A DNA stretch of 64,000 bases, taken from positions 32,001-96,000 of the forward strand of contig JBGFSC010000049.1 of NCBI GenBank assembly GCA_041694815.1. Direction: 5' to 3'. The position numbers and the translations under genes are program-made. Shown one piece after another: positions 37,279 to 46,217 of this stretch. Position 1 is the stretch's first letter, and the number at the start of each line of letters is the position of its first letter. Source of the DNA: Elusimicrobiota bacterium. GTDB taxonomy: Bacteria; Elusimicrobiota; Elusimicrobia; UBA1565; JACRDR01. The notes below the pieces were generated by a model. That model was not told the origin of the DNA and ran no database searches. It worked only from the letters and a program-made list of their open reading frames with translations.

Positions 37279-37716
37279 TTAGCGCCCTATGTCCTCGTTC
37301 CAGAGCTCGGGCTTCTCGGCGATGAGGCGGCGCATCAGTGCGATGCAGTCGGCGTCCTGCAGCTCGACGAGCTCGACGCCGTGGCCGGCCAGGAAATTCT
37401 TGGCGCCGGCAAAGGTGGTCGACTCCCCCGCCACCACCTTCGGGATGCCGAACTGAACGACCGCGCCGGCGCAGAGGTAGCAGGGCATCAGCGTCGAATA
37501 GAGGACGGTATCGGCGTAGGCGCCGATGCGTCCGGCCTGGCGCAGGCAGTCGATCTCGGCGTGCGCCATGGGGTCGCCCTGCTGCACCCGCCGGTTATGC
37601 CCGCGGCCTATGATCTTTCCCTCGCGGACAAGAACCGAGCCGATGGGGATGCCCCCTTCCTCCCAACCCCGCCGTGCCTCCTCGAGGGCCGCTTCCAGGA
37701 AGGGGTCGCGCTTCAT
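37279..37716 (-). CDS. nucleoside/cytosine deaminase (Zn-dependent, FCY1-like)
   Basis: GGIPIGSVL, HAE, PCYLC, WNEDIG. Confidence 0.9.
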   Translation of the reverse strand: MKRDPFLEAALEEARRGWEEGGIPIGSVLVREGKIIGRGHNRRVQQGDPMAHAEIDCLRQAGRIGAYADTVLYSTLMPCYLCAGAVVQFGIPKVVAGESTTFAGAKNFLAGHGVELVELQDADCIALMRRLIAEKPELWNEDIGR

Positions 37717-38231
37717 GCCTGGATCAGCTCGGCGCCGTCCTGCCAGGCGGCCAGCACGATCTGCGCGCAGGCCTCGGCGTCGGAGAGGGGCTCGTGATGA
37801 TTGAGCTTTACGCCCAGGTAGCGGCTGACGTGCGCGAGGGTCGTCGGCCGCAGATTCCAGACCCGCCGAGCCAGCTGGACCGTGCACAGAAATCGCGCGC
37901 GCGGGGGCCTAAGTCCCGCCGCCCGGCAGCAGGCTTCCAGCACGTTGCGGTCGAAGGAGGCGTTATGCGCCGCGATGAAATCGACGCCATGGAGGGTCTC
38001 GAGCAGCTCGGGATAGATCTCGCGGAAGCTCGGCTCGCTCTGCACATGCCTCCATTCGATGCCGTGGATATGCGTAAACAGCATGCTCGGCCGCGGCGGC
38101 CGGATTAGCCGCCGGTGGCGGCGCACGATGCGCCCGTCGACCGAGCGGACGGCTCCCACGGCGCAGGCGCTGTCGGGGAAGGTGTCGGCCGTCTCGAAGT
38201 CGAGGGCGACGAAGGTGGGGGCTAGGCGCAT
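37713..38231 (-). CDS. DEDDh 3'-5' exonuclease (DnaQ-like)
   Basis: ALDFETA, AHNASFD, HHEPLSDAEAC. Confidence 0.88.
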   Translation of the reverse strand: MRLAPTFVALDFETADTFPDSACAVGAVRSVDGRIVRRHRRLIRPPRPSMLFTHIHGIEWRHVQSEPSFREIYPELLETLHGVDFIAAHNASFDRNVLEACCRAAGLRPPRARFLCTVQLARRVWNLRPTTLAHVSRYLGVKLNHHEPLSDAEACAQIVLAAWQDGAELIQA

Positions 38232-38665
38232 CAGCGCAGCATTGCTTCTTTAAGCAGGGCCGGCAGGCGCTGCGCGAATTCCTTGTCGGACGGAAACATC
38301 TCTTCGGTGGGGATCTTGTCGACATCGGCCCAGAAAAGATCGAGGACGTCGTCGCCGTTGCCGCCGCGGCGCAGTTCTCCGGCACCGCGCTCCACGAGCC
38401 AAAAGAGGCTGACGATCTGCATCGGGAAATGGCTCGAGACGTGCAGGCCCTCGCTGGCGTAGAGCACGCGCACGGGCCGTATCTCGATGCCCGTCTCCTC
38501 GGCGTATTCGCGCCGCAGGGCCTCCAGGGGCGACTCGCCCAGCTCGACCCCCCCGCCGGGGAAATTGACGAATTCCTTGTCGATGAAGCGGCTGCGGGTC
38601 AACAATACCCTCTCGCCGTCCTGCAGGACTCCGTAGATCCGGCAACTGAATCGCTCCGGACGCAT
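38231..38665 (-). CDS. NUDIX hydrolase
   Basis: Nudix box PGGGVELGESPLEALRREYAEETG. Confidence 0.9.
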   Translation of the reverse strand: MRPERFSCRIYGVLQDGERVLLTRSRFIDKEFVNFPGGGVELGESPLEALRREYAEETGIEIRPVRVLYASEGLHVSSHFPMQIVSLFWLVERGAGELRRGGNGDDVLDLFWADVDKIPTEEMFPSDKEFAQRLPALLKEAMLR

Positions 38666-38775
38666 GCGCCAAGCGTAGCAGGTTTTTTCGGCCTTGCCAA
38701 TGGAACCACAGGACCTACGGGCCTCTGGGCCCTTTGCCTCAGGCAAACCGCTGTTCCGGGGTCCAAAATGTAGGA

Positions 38776-39750
38776 ATGAGATGTCTATTTGGCTGGCTAT
38801 TCCTCACGACGGTTGGCGTCTGGGCCCAAGGCGGTTTGCTGACCGAGATGCGAACGGCGATGAGCCAAACCCAAGACTTCATGCTCAACAGCGGATGGGT
38901 GAGCTGCCTCGCCTTTAGTCCTGACGGATCTAAAATCGTGACGGTGCAATGGGAATCCCGCAAGGCTCAGGCTTGGGACGCTCTTACGGGCCGCCGGCTC
39001 CAAACCTTCGTCTTGCCCGGTCTCGTCGGAGCGGATTTCAGCCCGGACGGCTCGAAAGTATTGGTCATTGATGTCAATAACACCGCCATCCTTTGGGATG
39101 CACGCACTTTTAAGAAACTTCTGACCCTGGGAGAGGGTCGGCATGATTTTTCATCAGGGTCCTTTAGCTACGACGGTTCAAAAATAATTACCACCCACTC
39201 CGGCACGCTTCCGGAAGCCGTCATTTGGGACGTCTCCACGGGCAAGAGCGTGACAAGGCTTCGCGGACATTATGGCGTCATCATGGACGCGCACTTTAAT
39301 CCCGACGGCACTCGCGTCGTCACGGCCAGCAACGATGGGACCTCCCTTATCTGGGACACGGTCACCGGGGAACCGTTGAAAGCCATGCGTCATCCGAGTG
39401 CGGTGCTTTCGGCCGCTTTCAATCATGACGGGACAAGGGTAATCACACTGTCGAATGACATGGTTCTTGTCTTCGATCCCGAAACAAAGGAAATCTTCCA
39501 AACCCTGGATGTTTCCGTAGATTCCCGGAATCCTTACGACAGAGCCCTCTATGCGGCGCTTAACCGGAAGGGAAATCCGGTCACGGTGAACCATTACGGC
39601 CTGGTCCGCACCTGGAGAAACCCGAAACAAATAAAGGCGATTGAACGACGGTATTTATCGCGAAGGGCGGAACATCCGAAACCAACCAGAAACGAGTTGG
39701 CGGAGGATCGGTTTAAACTCAATTTCTTTTTGCAGACCCTTTCCCAATAA
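38776..39750 (+). CDS. secreted WD40 repeat protein with C-terminal AEDRFKL tag
   Basis: Signal peptide; FSPDGSK repeats; LRGH...TASNDGT. Confidence 0.85.
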   Translation: MRCLFGWLFLTTVGVWAQGGLLTEMRTAMSQTQDFMLNSGWVSCLAFSPDGSKIVTVQWESRKAQAWDALTGRRLQTFVLPGLVGADFSPDGSKVLVIDVNNTAILWDARTFKKLLTLGEGRHDFSSGSFSYDGSKIITTHSGTLPEAVIWDVSTGKSVTRLRGHYGVIMDAHFNPDGTRVVTASNDGTSLIWDTVTGEPLKAMRHPSAVLSAAFNHDGTRVITLSNDMVLVFDPETKEIFQTLDVSVDSRNPYDRALYAALNRKGNPVTVNHYGLVRTWRNPKQIKAIERRYLSRRAEHPKPTRNELAEDRFKLNFFLQTLSQ

Positions 39751-39753
39751 CGC

Positions 39754-40713
39754 ATGCCCCTCTTTTTCTATTTTTTATCGCTGTTCGCCTGCAACGCCGC
39801 CGCCGGATTGCTGAGCGATATGAAAGCGGAACTCCAAAAGCCGCTCAAAACCCTCGATCTCGGCGTGCGATGGGTCAGTGAAATGACTTTCAGCCCCGAC
39901 GGCTCGAAAATCATCGCCCTGTATTGGGACACGAGAAGGGCTGAATTGCGCGACGCGCTCACGGGCGAGCTGCTGCAGGCCTTCGTCTCCGCTGAAGAAT
40001 TTAGGCAGGCCGCCTTCAGCCCCGACGGCTCTAAGATCCTGACGATCGGCTTCGATAAGACGGCGACCCTTTGGAACGCGCGAAACGGCTCCCGGGTCAT
40101 GCGTTTGGGCGGAGACCGAAAGGATTTCGAGTTTGCGTCGTTTAGCCGAGACGGGCTCAAGATCGTCACGAGCAACTATCATACGAGAGGTGACGCGATC
40201 ATCTGGGACGCGTCGACGGGCAAGAAGCTCACGCTGCTGAGGGGTCATCTCGGGGCCGTCCTGGCGGCGCAATTTAGCCCGGACGCCTCGCGTGTGGTCA
40301 CGGCCAGCTGGGACAGCACCACCATCGTCTGGAACGCGCTAACGGGTAAGCGTCCCTCCCGGTGCATGCGTCATCCCGGCCCGGTTTTTTCGGCCGCATT
40401 CAGCCCCGACGGCAAGAAGGTGATTACCGTATCGGACGACCGCGACACCGTCGCGATCTTCGACGTGAAAACCGAAAAAGTCCTACAAATAATCAAACTT
40501 CCTTCCCAGGCGACCTACGCTTCGTTTACCTCGGATGGGAAAAATGCCATCACGGGCGGCCATGACGGCCGCATCCACACATGGAGAAACCCGGAGCAAA
40601 TAGAGGCGCTCCAAAAAAAGCGGCTTCTCTCCGACAAGGCCTCGAGGCCCAGGCCGCTGGCAGGCCGGGAACTCGCCGAGGACAGGTTTCGATTCGACCT
40701 CATCCAGTTCTGA
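39754..40713 (+). CDS. secreted WD40 repeat protein with C-terminal AEDRFRF tag (tandem paralog)
   Basis: Collinear with the previous gene; LRGH...TASWDST. Confidence 0.85.
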   Translation: MPLFFYFLSLFACNAAAGLLSDMKAELQKPLKTLDLGVRWVSEMTFSPDGSKIIALYWDTRRAELRDALTGELLQAFVSAEEFRQAAFSPDGSKILTIGFDKTATLWNARNGSRVMRLGGDRKDFEFASFSRDGLKIVTSNYHTRGDAIIWDASTGKKLTLLRGHLGAVLAAQFSPDASRVVTASWDSTTIVWNALTGKRPSRCMRHPGPVFSAAFSPDGKKVITVSDDRDTVAIFDVKTEKVLQIIKLPSQATYASFTSDGKNAITGGHDGRIHTWRNPEQIEALQKKRLLSDKASRPRPLAGRELAEDRFRFDLIQF

Positions 40714-40829
40714 TTTCAGGACCGAAAGGCCCAACCGGCCCTAGGCCCAATGACGCCACGTGCGTAGGCCTCTCGGCTCAGGCGCGGCCAAGCCCGAGCC
40801 CGTATAATGGAAACGGTAGGAGGAGGAAC

Positions 40830-41417
40830 ATGAAAAAGTTATCGGATCTTGCCGTATTAGCCGCCTTAATATTGTCCTTGACGCTTCCCGCGAGCGCCAG
40901 AGCCGAAGAGGGCTTCGCCGGAGCGCCCGAGGAACAGTCGGCCAACGCCCGACAACCATTCGACGGAAGCGCCGCCGGCAATTCTGCCCCCGCAGCCGGG
41001 GTATCCGCTGGCGCTCCCGGCGCCAAAGACGCCGCTGTAGGCATCAAGAAAGCCGAAGGGAAGATCGTGAAGAAAACGGCGGTACCTGCCCCCGCGAGTT
41101 CGGAAGGCGAGCCTCTCAGCACCGGCACGAAGGCCATGGTCGCATTCGGAACGCTTGCTGGAACCATGGCCGGCGCGGTGTTGCTCCTTCTTAATCCTTT
41201 GCTATTTGGTGGGATGGTTCTCGGGGGCATAGGAGCGGGGGTTCTTACCGCCATTAATAAAAACGACCCCCTGGAAAGCAAGAAGTTGAATCTGCTTGAA
41301 CTCGGTTGGCATGCCATATTCGGCGCCATGGGGGGCGTCTCCGCCTTTACCTCCGCTGGCGCGCTCGCCGGACGGATGGTCGGAAGGGGCCTGGAAAAGC
41401 TGTTTGCGAAGAAATAA
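40830..41417 (+). CDS. hypothetical secreted protein (PFDGS motif, Ala/Pro linker, Gly-rich TM helices)
   Basis: TATAAT at 40803 and SD AGGAGG; signal peptide; ends GRMVGRGLEKLFAKK. Confidence 0.75.
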   Translation: MKKLSDLAVLAALILSLTLPASARAEEGFAGAPEEQSANARQPFDGSAAGNSAPAAGVSAGAPGAKDAAVGIKKAEGKIVKKTAVPAPASSEGEPLSTGTKAMVAFGTLAGTMAGAVLLLLNPLLFGGMVLGGIGAGVLTAINKNDPLESKKLNLLELGWHAIFGAMGGVSAFTSAGALAGRMVGRGLEKLFAKK

Positions 41418-41430
41418 GGATTGGAGGGAT

Positions 41431-41459
41431 ATAACCCCGGCGACAAACGCCGGGGTTAT
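41431..41459. terminator. hairpin between convergent genes
   Basis: ataaccccggcg-acaaa-cgccggggttat. Confidence 0.65.
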
Positions 41460-42091
41460 TTCTTGTAGGCCAAGGTCAGCCCGTCGCGCACGGTGAGCAT
41501 CACCGACTCGACGCGGCGGTCTCCCTGCACGTGATCGCCGAAGGCGGCCAAGGCTTTGTCGCTTTCTTCCTTAGGGTGCAGCACCCCGCCCCCCCAGAGC
41601 ACGTTGTCGGCCACCAGCAGGCCGCCCTTGCGCACCTTGGGCATGCAGGCTTCCCAGTAGCGGATATAATTGAGCTTGTCGGCGTCGATGAATACCATGT
41701 CGAAGGGCCCGCGCAGCTTCTTGAGCGTCTCGGCCGCCGGCCCCAGCTTGAGCTCGATCTTGCTGCCATGCGGGCTGCGCGCCCAAAAACGCCTGGCGAT
41801 GGCGGTGGCCTTGGGGTCGATGTCGCAGGTGACCAGCTTGCCCGACGGCGGCAAGGCCTCGGCCATGACCAGGGCGCTGTAGCCTGTGAAGGTCCCGATC
41901 TCGAGCACCCGCTTGGCGCGCGTCAGGCGCACCAGCAGGCGCAGGAAGGCGCCCTCGAGCCGTCCCACCTGCATCTGGGGCAATTCGGTCGAGGCGTAGG
42001 TCTCGCGCACGAGCTCCTGGAGCAGCGGAGACTCGGCCGCGCTGTGCTCGACGGCATATTGCTCGATCGCCTCGGGGACTAGGGCCAGCAT
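41456..42091 (-). CDS. class I SAM-dependent O-methyltransferase (CCoAOMT/COMT-like)
   Basis: VLEIGTFTGYSAL, FIDADK, DNVLWGG, DGLTL. Confidence 0.9.
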   Translation of the reverse strand: MLALVPEAIEQYAVEHSAAESPLLQELVRETYASTELPQMQVGRLEGAFLRLLVRLTRAKRVLEIGTFTGYSALVMAEALPPSGKLVTCDIDPKATAIARRFWARSPHGSKIELKLGPAAETLKKLRGPFDMVFIDADKLNYIRYWEACMPKVRKGGLLVADNVLWGGGVLHPKEESDKALAAFGDHVQGDRRVESVMLTVRDGLTLAYKK

Positions 42092-42180
42092 CGCCACACA
42101 TTACCAATCTCGAGCGCCTTCAAGCAAACGTCGCATGTCTTGGACTAGGGCTTCATCTTCACCCGTTACAATGACGCTCC

Positions 42181-42825
42181 ATGGCCGCGGCGGCTCTCGC
42201 CGTTCTGCTGCCCCTACTCCTTGCCGCAACCTCGGAGGCCGGGCCGCGCCGCGCCCGCAAGCCGCCCAGCCAGTCCATCGGCCTGCCCTATGAGGGCAGG
42301 CTGCGCCACCCGGCCGCGTTGCCGCCCTCCGGGCTCGGCTTCGAGCTTTCCCCGCGATGCCGGCACCGATTCGGCACCGACGACCTGGTGGCCGGCCTCA
42401 AGGAATTGGCGCAGGCCTTAAAGCGGAACGATCCCGCGAGCGCCCCGCTTAAGATCTGCGCCCTCTCGGCCCCGTGGGGAGGCCCGCTGGAGGAGCATCG
42501 TTCCCATCAGAACGGACGCGACGCCGATCTCGCCTTCTTCTGGCGCGACGACGGGCGCCTCGACGTCGAGCGCAATTGGGCCCTGGTCCGCGCGCTGCTA
42601 GAGAGCCCGCGGCTGGGAGGGCGCATCGCCTATCTCTTCGTGCGCAGGGAGATACGGGCGGTTCTGCTGCGGCACGGCGCGGCCCGAGGTGAAAGCCCGA
42701 CATTGCTCAATCGCGCCGCGGCCGCGCTTAAGCCCCCCTCCGAGCCCGTGGGCGGCCACGACGATCATTTCCATCTGCGAATAGCCTGCTCCAAGCTAGA
42801 GAAGCGGCTCGGGTGCCGGGATTAG
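42181..42825 (+). CDS. penicillin-insensitive murein endopeptidase (MepA-like)
   Basis: SIGLPYEGRL, HRSHQNGRDAD, HDDHFHLRIAC. Confidence 0.85.
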   Translation: MAAAALAVLLPLLLAATSEAGPRRARKPPSQSIGLPYEGRLRHPAALPPSGLGFELSPRCRHRFGTDDLVAGLKELAQALKRNDPASAPLKICALSAPWGGPLEEHRSHQNGRDADLAFFWRDDGRLDVERNWALVRALLESPRLGGRIAYLFVRREIRAVLLRHGAARGESPTLLNRAAAALKPPSEPVGGHDDHFHLRIACSKLEKRLGCRD

Positions 42826-42828
42826 CGC

Positions 42829-42940
42829 GAGCGCGGAATACTCGCGAGAAACCTCGAACTTCGTCGCGCGAAGCGCGACGAAGTCCGGCGCCGACACACC
42901 GGTCGGCGCCGCGTCCGTTGTTTTTTGCCGTAGTACGGCA
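42829..42940. repeat. variant of the intergenic repeat family plus stacked hairpins
   Basis: gagcgcggaatactcgcga is the reverse complement of 891-909, and aagcgcgacga is the reverse complement of 818-828. Three hairpins follow. Confidence 0.65.
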
Positions 42941-42942
42941 GG

Positions 42943-45900
42943 CTAGACGGCGTACCCCACGGCCTCGAGCAGGGCCGGCATCTCCTGAAGGGCGATCGAG
43001 ATCCATTCGGGGCGGCGGTTGAGCTCGAAATTTAATTCCTCGACCGCCTTCTCCCCCAGGAAGGCGCCTAAGAGAAGATCGAACTCCTCGAGGGTCTCGG
43101 GCATGAAGGGCGCTCCCTTAATATCAGCCAGATATCCTTGCAGGAACGCGCCGCAGACCCAGCGCCGCCAATAGCGGCTCCAGGGCAGCAGCGCGCCGCG
43201 ATCCTCCGGCCGCAGCGCCACGCCGGGCGCGCGCCCGGCCAGTGCCGAGGCGGCGGCGTAGTGGAAGGAGCGCAGCATCGCCGCGACATCCTTGAGCGGC
43301 GACTGCTTAGAGCGTCGGTCGCTGAAGCCCGTGATGATGAAATCCTTACCCGTATAGAGCACGTGCCCCAAATGGTAATCCCCATGGCAACGGATGCGGC
43401 GCCCCGTGAGCTTGCGGTCCATCACCGCCCTGAAGCGCTTGAGGGCCTCCTCCTCCAGGGCGATGACCCGCTCGGCGTCGGCGCGCACCGGATCGTTTAA
43501 GTGCCGGAGGCTGCGGCGCAGCACCTGCGAGACCTGTCGCGTCATCGTCCGCATCGACTGGTAGGTCTCGCGCCGGTCGAGCGCCGAGAAGGGTTCGGCG
43601 ACAAAGGCAGGCCCGTCGCCCGATGCCAAGGCGCGGTGCAACTGCGCGCTGCGTGAGCCCAAGAGCCGCGCCTCCTCGAGAAAGGGGCCGATGAGGTCCA
43701 CCGCTTGGGCGGAAAACTCCTGGGTGGCCAGGCGCAGCACCGTCCCGTCGGAGGAGGGGGCGGCGGCCGGAGCACCCGGCGAACGCAGGGTCAGCACGCG
43801 CTCGAAATAGCGGCCCAGGGAATCCAAGGCGTGCTCCCAGGCGCTGCGAGGGGCCGGGACGAAGGCGTAGAGCGCTCCCAAGGGAAGCCGTGCGCCCCGA
43901 TGCGGCCGGTATTCCAGGGTGCCTAAAACGGGGCGTATATGGGCGAAGCCTTTTTGGGCCAAATAACGCGTGACATCCGCCTCGGCGTCCGCCCCCGGCT
44001 CGGGGTTCGCGTAGAGCTTGAGCAGGTAGCGGTCCTTGAATACGAACCGGGAACCCTTGGTGCCGACGCGCGCCGCCGGCTCCAAGGAGGCGTCCTCAGG
44101 GCGCCAATGCCCGGCGAAGGCCTGCTCGCCGGCGGCCTCCGCGCGCCCCCATTCGCCGGCGAACTCGGGACCGACCGCGAAGGATTTAAGCAGCGAGACC
44201 GCGAATTCCGGCTGGGCCGAGGCATCGCAGAGCCAACCCTCGCCCTTCGCCGTCTTGAGCGGGGCGATAAATAATTGGGACTGCTCCGGGCGCGCCTCGG
44301 CGCGGCCCGGAGCGCAAAAGCCGATCGGCAACAACAGCGGCTCGCGCCTGCCGTCCGGATGGCGCAATTCCAACAACAAGAGCGCCGAATGCGCGCTCAC
44401 CCTCAACACCTCGACGATGCGGACCGACAACTCTTGGCGGCCCGGCAGCCGGCCGCTTTCCGACAAGTAGGCCGCCAGGGTCTCCTCCAGGGCCGAGCGC
44501 TCGGGCTGCTCGAAAACGGCGTCCCACTCGCCCGCCGTCTCGAGCGCCGGCAGGGGGGGCCTGGCCTCCGCCGCGGCGGCCGCGGGCACGAGGGAGAACC
44601 AGTGGAAGGAGTGCGGCCCCAGGGTCAAGGGATACGGCCGCTCCGAGGCGGCCGGCAGCTGCGTGCGGCCGAACATCTCCCTTAAGGCGCGGCCCGCGAA
44701 GGCCGATAGGTCCAGCTCGACGTACTGCGTCAGGCGCGAGAGATTGGCCACGACGAGCAGGTCCTGGCCCTCATGCCGGCGCAGGAAGGCCAGTATCTTA
44801 GGGTTATCGGGAGCGAGCATCTCCAGGGTTCCGCGGCCGAAGGCGCCGGCGAAGCGCTTGCGCAGGGCGATCAAGCGCTTCATCCACCAGAGCAGCGACT
44901 GGGCGTTGTTCTGCTGGACCTCCACGTTGAGCGCCTCGTAATGGTACTCCGGATCGATGACGACGGGCAGGTAAAGACGCTGCGAGTTGGCCTTGGAGAA
45001 GCCGGCGTTGCGGTCCGCGTTCCACTGCATGGGGGTACGCACGCCGTTACGGTCCCCCAGGTACATGTTGTCCCCCATGCCGATTTCGTCGCCGTAGTAG
45101 AGCACGGGCGTCCCCGGCAGCGAGAACAGCAGGCCCATCATCAGTTCGATGCGGCGTCGATCGTTGCCCAACAGCGGCGCCAGACGCCGCCGGATGCCCA
45201 GATTGAGCCGGGCCTGCGGGTCCTGGGCGTAGAAGCGGTACATGTAGTCCCGCTCCACGTCGGTAACCATCTCGAGCGTCAATTCGTCGTGGTTGCGCAA
45301 GAAGAGCATCCATTGCCCGGCCTCCGGCAAGGAGGGGGTCTGCTCGAGTATGTCGACGACGGGAAAACGGTCCTCGGTAAGCAGGGCAGTGAACAGGCGA
45401 GGCATGAGCGGGAAGTGGAAGGCGGCGTGGCATTCGTCCCCGGCGCCGGAGCCGAAATAGGCGGCGGCGTCCTCCGGCCATTGGTTGGCCTCGGCCAGGA
45501 GCATGCGCTGGCCATATTTCTCGTCGACGTGCTTGCGCAGCGTCTTGAGGAAGGCGTGCGTTTCCGGAAGGTTCTCGCAGTTGCTACCCTCGCGCTCGTA
45601 GAGGTACGGCACGGCGTCCAAGCGCAGGCCGTCGACCCCCATGCCTAGCCAGAAATCCACGATGCCCCGCATCGCCTCCCGGACCTGGGGGTTGTCGAAA
45701 TTGAGGTCCGGCTGGTGGCTGTAGAATCGGTGCCAGAAATAGGCCTTGGCTACCGGGTCCCAGGTCCAGTTGGACGGCTCGAAATCCTTGAAGATGATGC
45801 GGGCCTCACGGTATTTCTCCGGAGTATCGCTCCATACGTAGAAGTCCCGCCACGGGCTGCCGGGCGCGGCGCGGCGCGAGCGCTGGAACCAGGGGTGCTG

Positions 45901-46215
45901 GTCCGAGGTATGGTTGAGCACGAGCTCCGTGACGACGCGCAGTCCCCGCCGATGGGCCGCCTCCAGAAACCTCTTGAAATCGTCGAGCGTGCCGTAGAAC
46001 GGGTGCACGCCCATGTAATCGGCGATGTCGTAGCCATCGTCGCGCAGGGGCGAGGGATAGAAGGGAAGCAGCCAGAGAGCCGTGACGCCCAAATCCTTGA
46101 GGTAGTCGAGCTTGGAGGCGAGCCCAGGGAAATCCCCGATCCCGTCGCCGTCGGAGTCGGAGAAGGAGCGCACGTGCAGCTCGTAGAGGACCGCGTCCTT
46201 GTACCAATGCGCCAT
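42943..46215 (-). CDS. treS: trehalose synthase (maltose alpha-D-glucosyltransferase) fused to a maltokinase-like domain
   Basis: WYKDAVLYELHVR, RDDGYDIADY, FLRNHDELTLE, GDRNGVRTPMQW; C-terminal RCHGDYHLG. Confidence 0.93.
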   Translation of the reverse strand: MAHWYKDAVLYELHVRSFSDSDGDGIGDFPGLASKLDYLKDLGVTALWLLPFYPSPLRDDGYDIADYMGVHPFYGTLDDFKRFLEAAHRRGLRVVTELVLNHTSDQHPWFQRSRRAAPGSPWRDFYVWSDTPEKYREARIIFKDFEPSNWTWDPVAKAYFWHRFYSHQPDLNFDNPQVREAMRGIVDFWLGMGVDGLRLDAVPYLYEREGSNCENLPETHAFLKTLRKHVDEKYGQRMLLAEANQWPEDAAAYFGSGAGDECHAAFHFPLMPRLFTALLTEDRFPVVDILEQTPSLPEAGQWMLFLRNHDELTLEMVTDVERDYMYRFYAQDPQARLNLGIRRRLAPLLGNDRRRIELMMGLLFSLPGTPVLYYGDEIGMGDNMYLGDRNGVRTPMQWNADRNAGFSKANSQRLYLPVVIDPEYHYEALNVEVQQNNAQSLLWWMKRLIALRKRFAGAFGRGTLEMLAPDNPKILAFLRRHEGQDLLVVANLSRLTQYVELDLSAFAGRALREMFGRTQLPAASERPYPLTLGPHSFHWFSLVPAAAAAEARPPLPALETAGEWDAVFEQPERSALEETLAAYLSESGRLPGRQELSVRIVEVLRVSAHSALLLLELRHPDGRREPLLLPIGFCAPGRAEARPEQSQLFIAPLKTAKGEGWLCDASAQPEFAVSLLKSFAVGPEFAGEWGRAEAAGEQAFAGHWRPEDASLEPAARVGTKGSRFVFKDRYLLKLYANPEPGADAEADVTRYLAQKGFAHIRPVLGTLEYRPHRGARLPLGALYAFVPAPRSAWEHALDSLGRYFERVLTLRSPGAPAAAPSSDGTVLRLATQEFSAQAVDLIGPFLEEARLLGSRSAQLHRALASGDGPAFVAEPFSALDRRETYQSMRTMTRQVSQVLRRSLRHLNDPVRADAERVIALEEEALKRFRAVMDRKLTGRRIRCHGDYHLGHVLYTGKDFIITGFSDRRSKQSPLKDVAAMLRSFHYAAASALAGRAPGVALRPEDRGALLPWSRYWRRWVCGAFLQGYLADIKGAPFMPETLEEFDLLLGAFLGEKAVEELNFELNRRPEWISIALQEMPALLEAVGYAV

Positions 46216-46217
46216 AA

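Noticed and set aside
42943..46215. TreS-maltokinase fusion as a novelty
   Set aside because: This fusion is common in bacteria.
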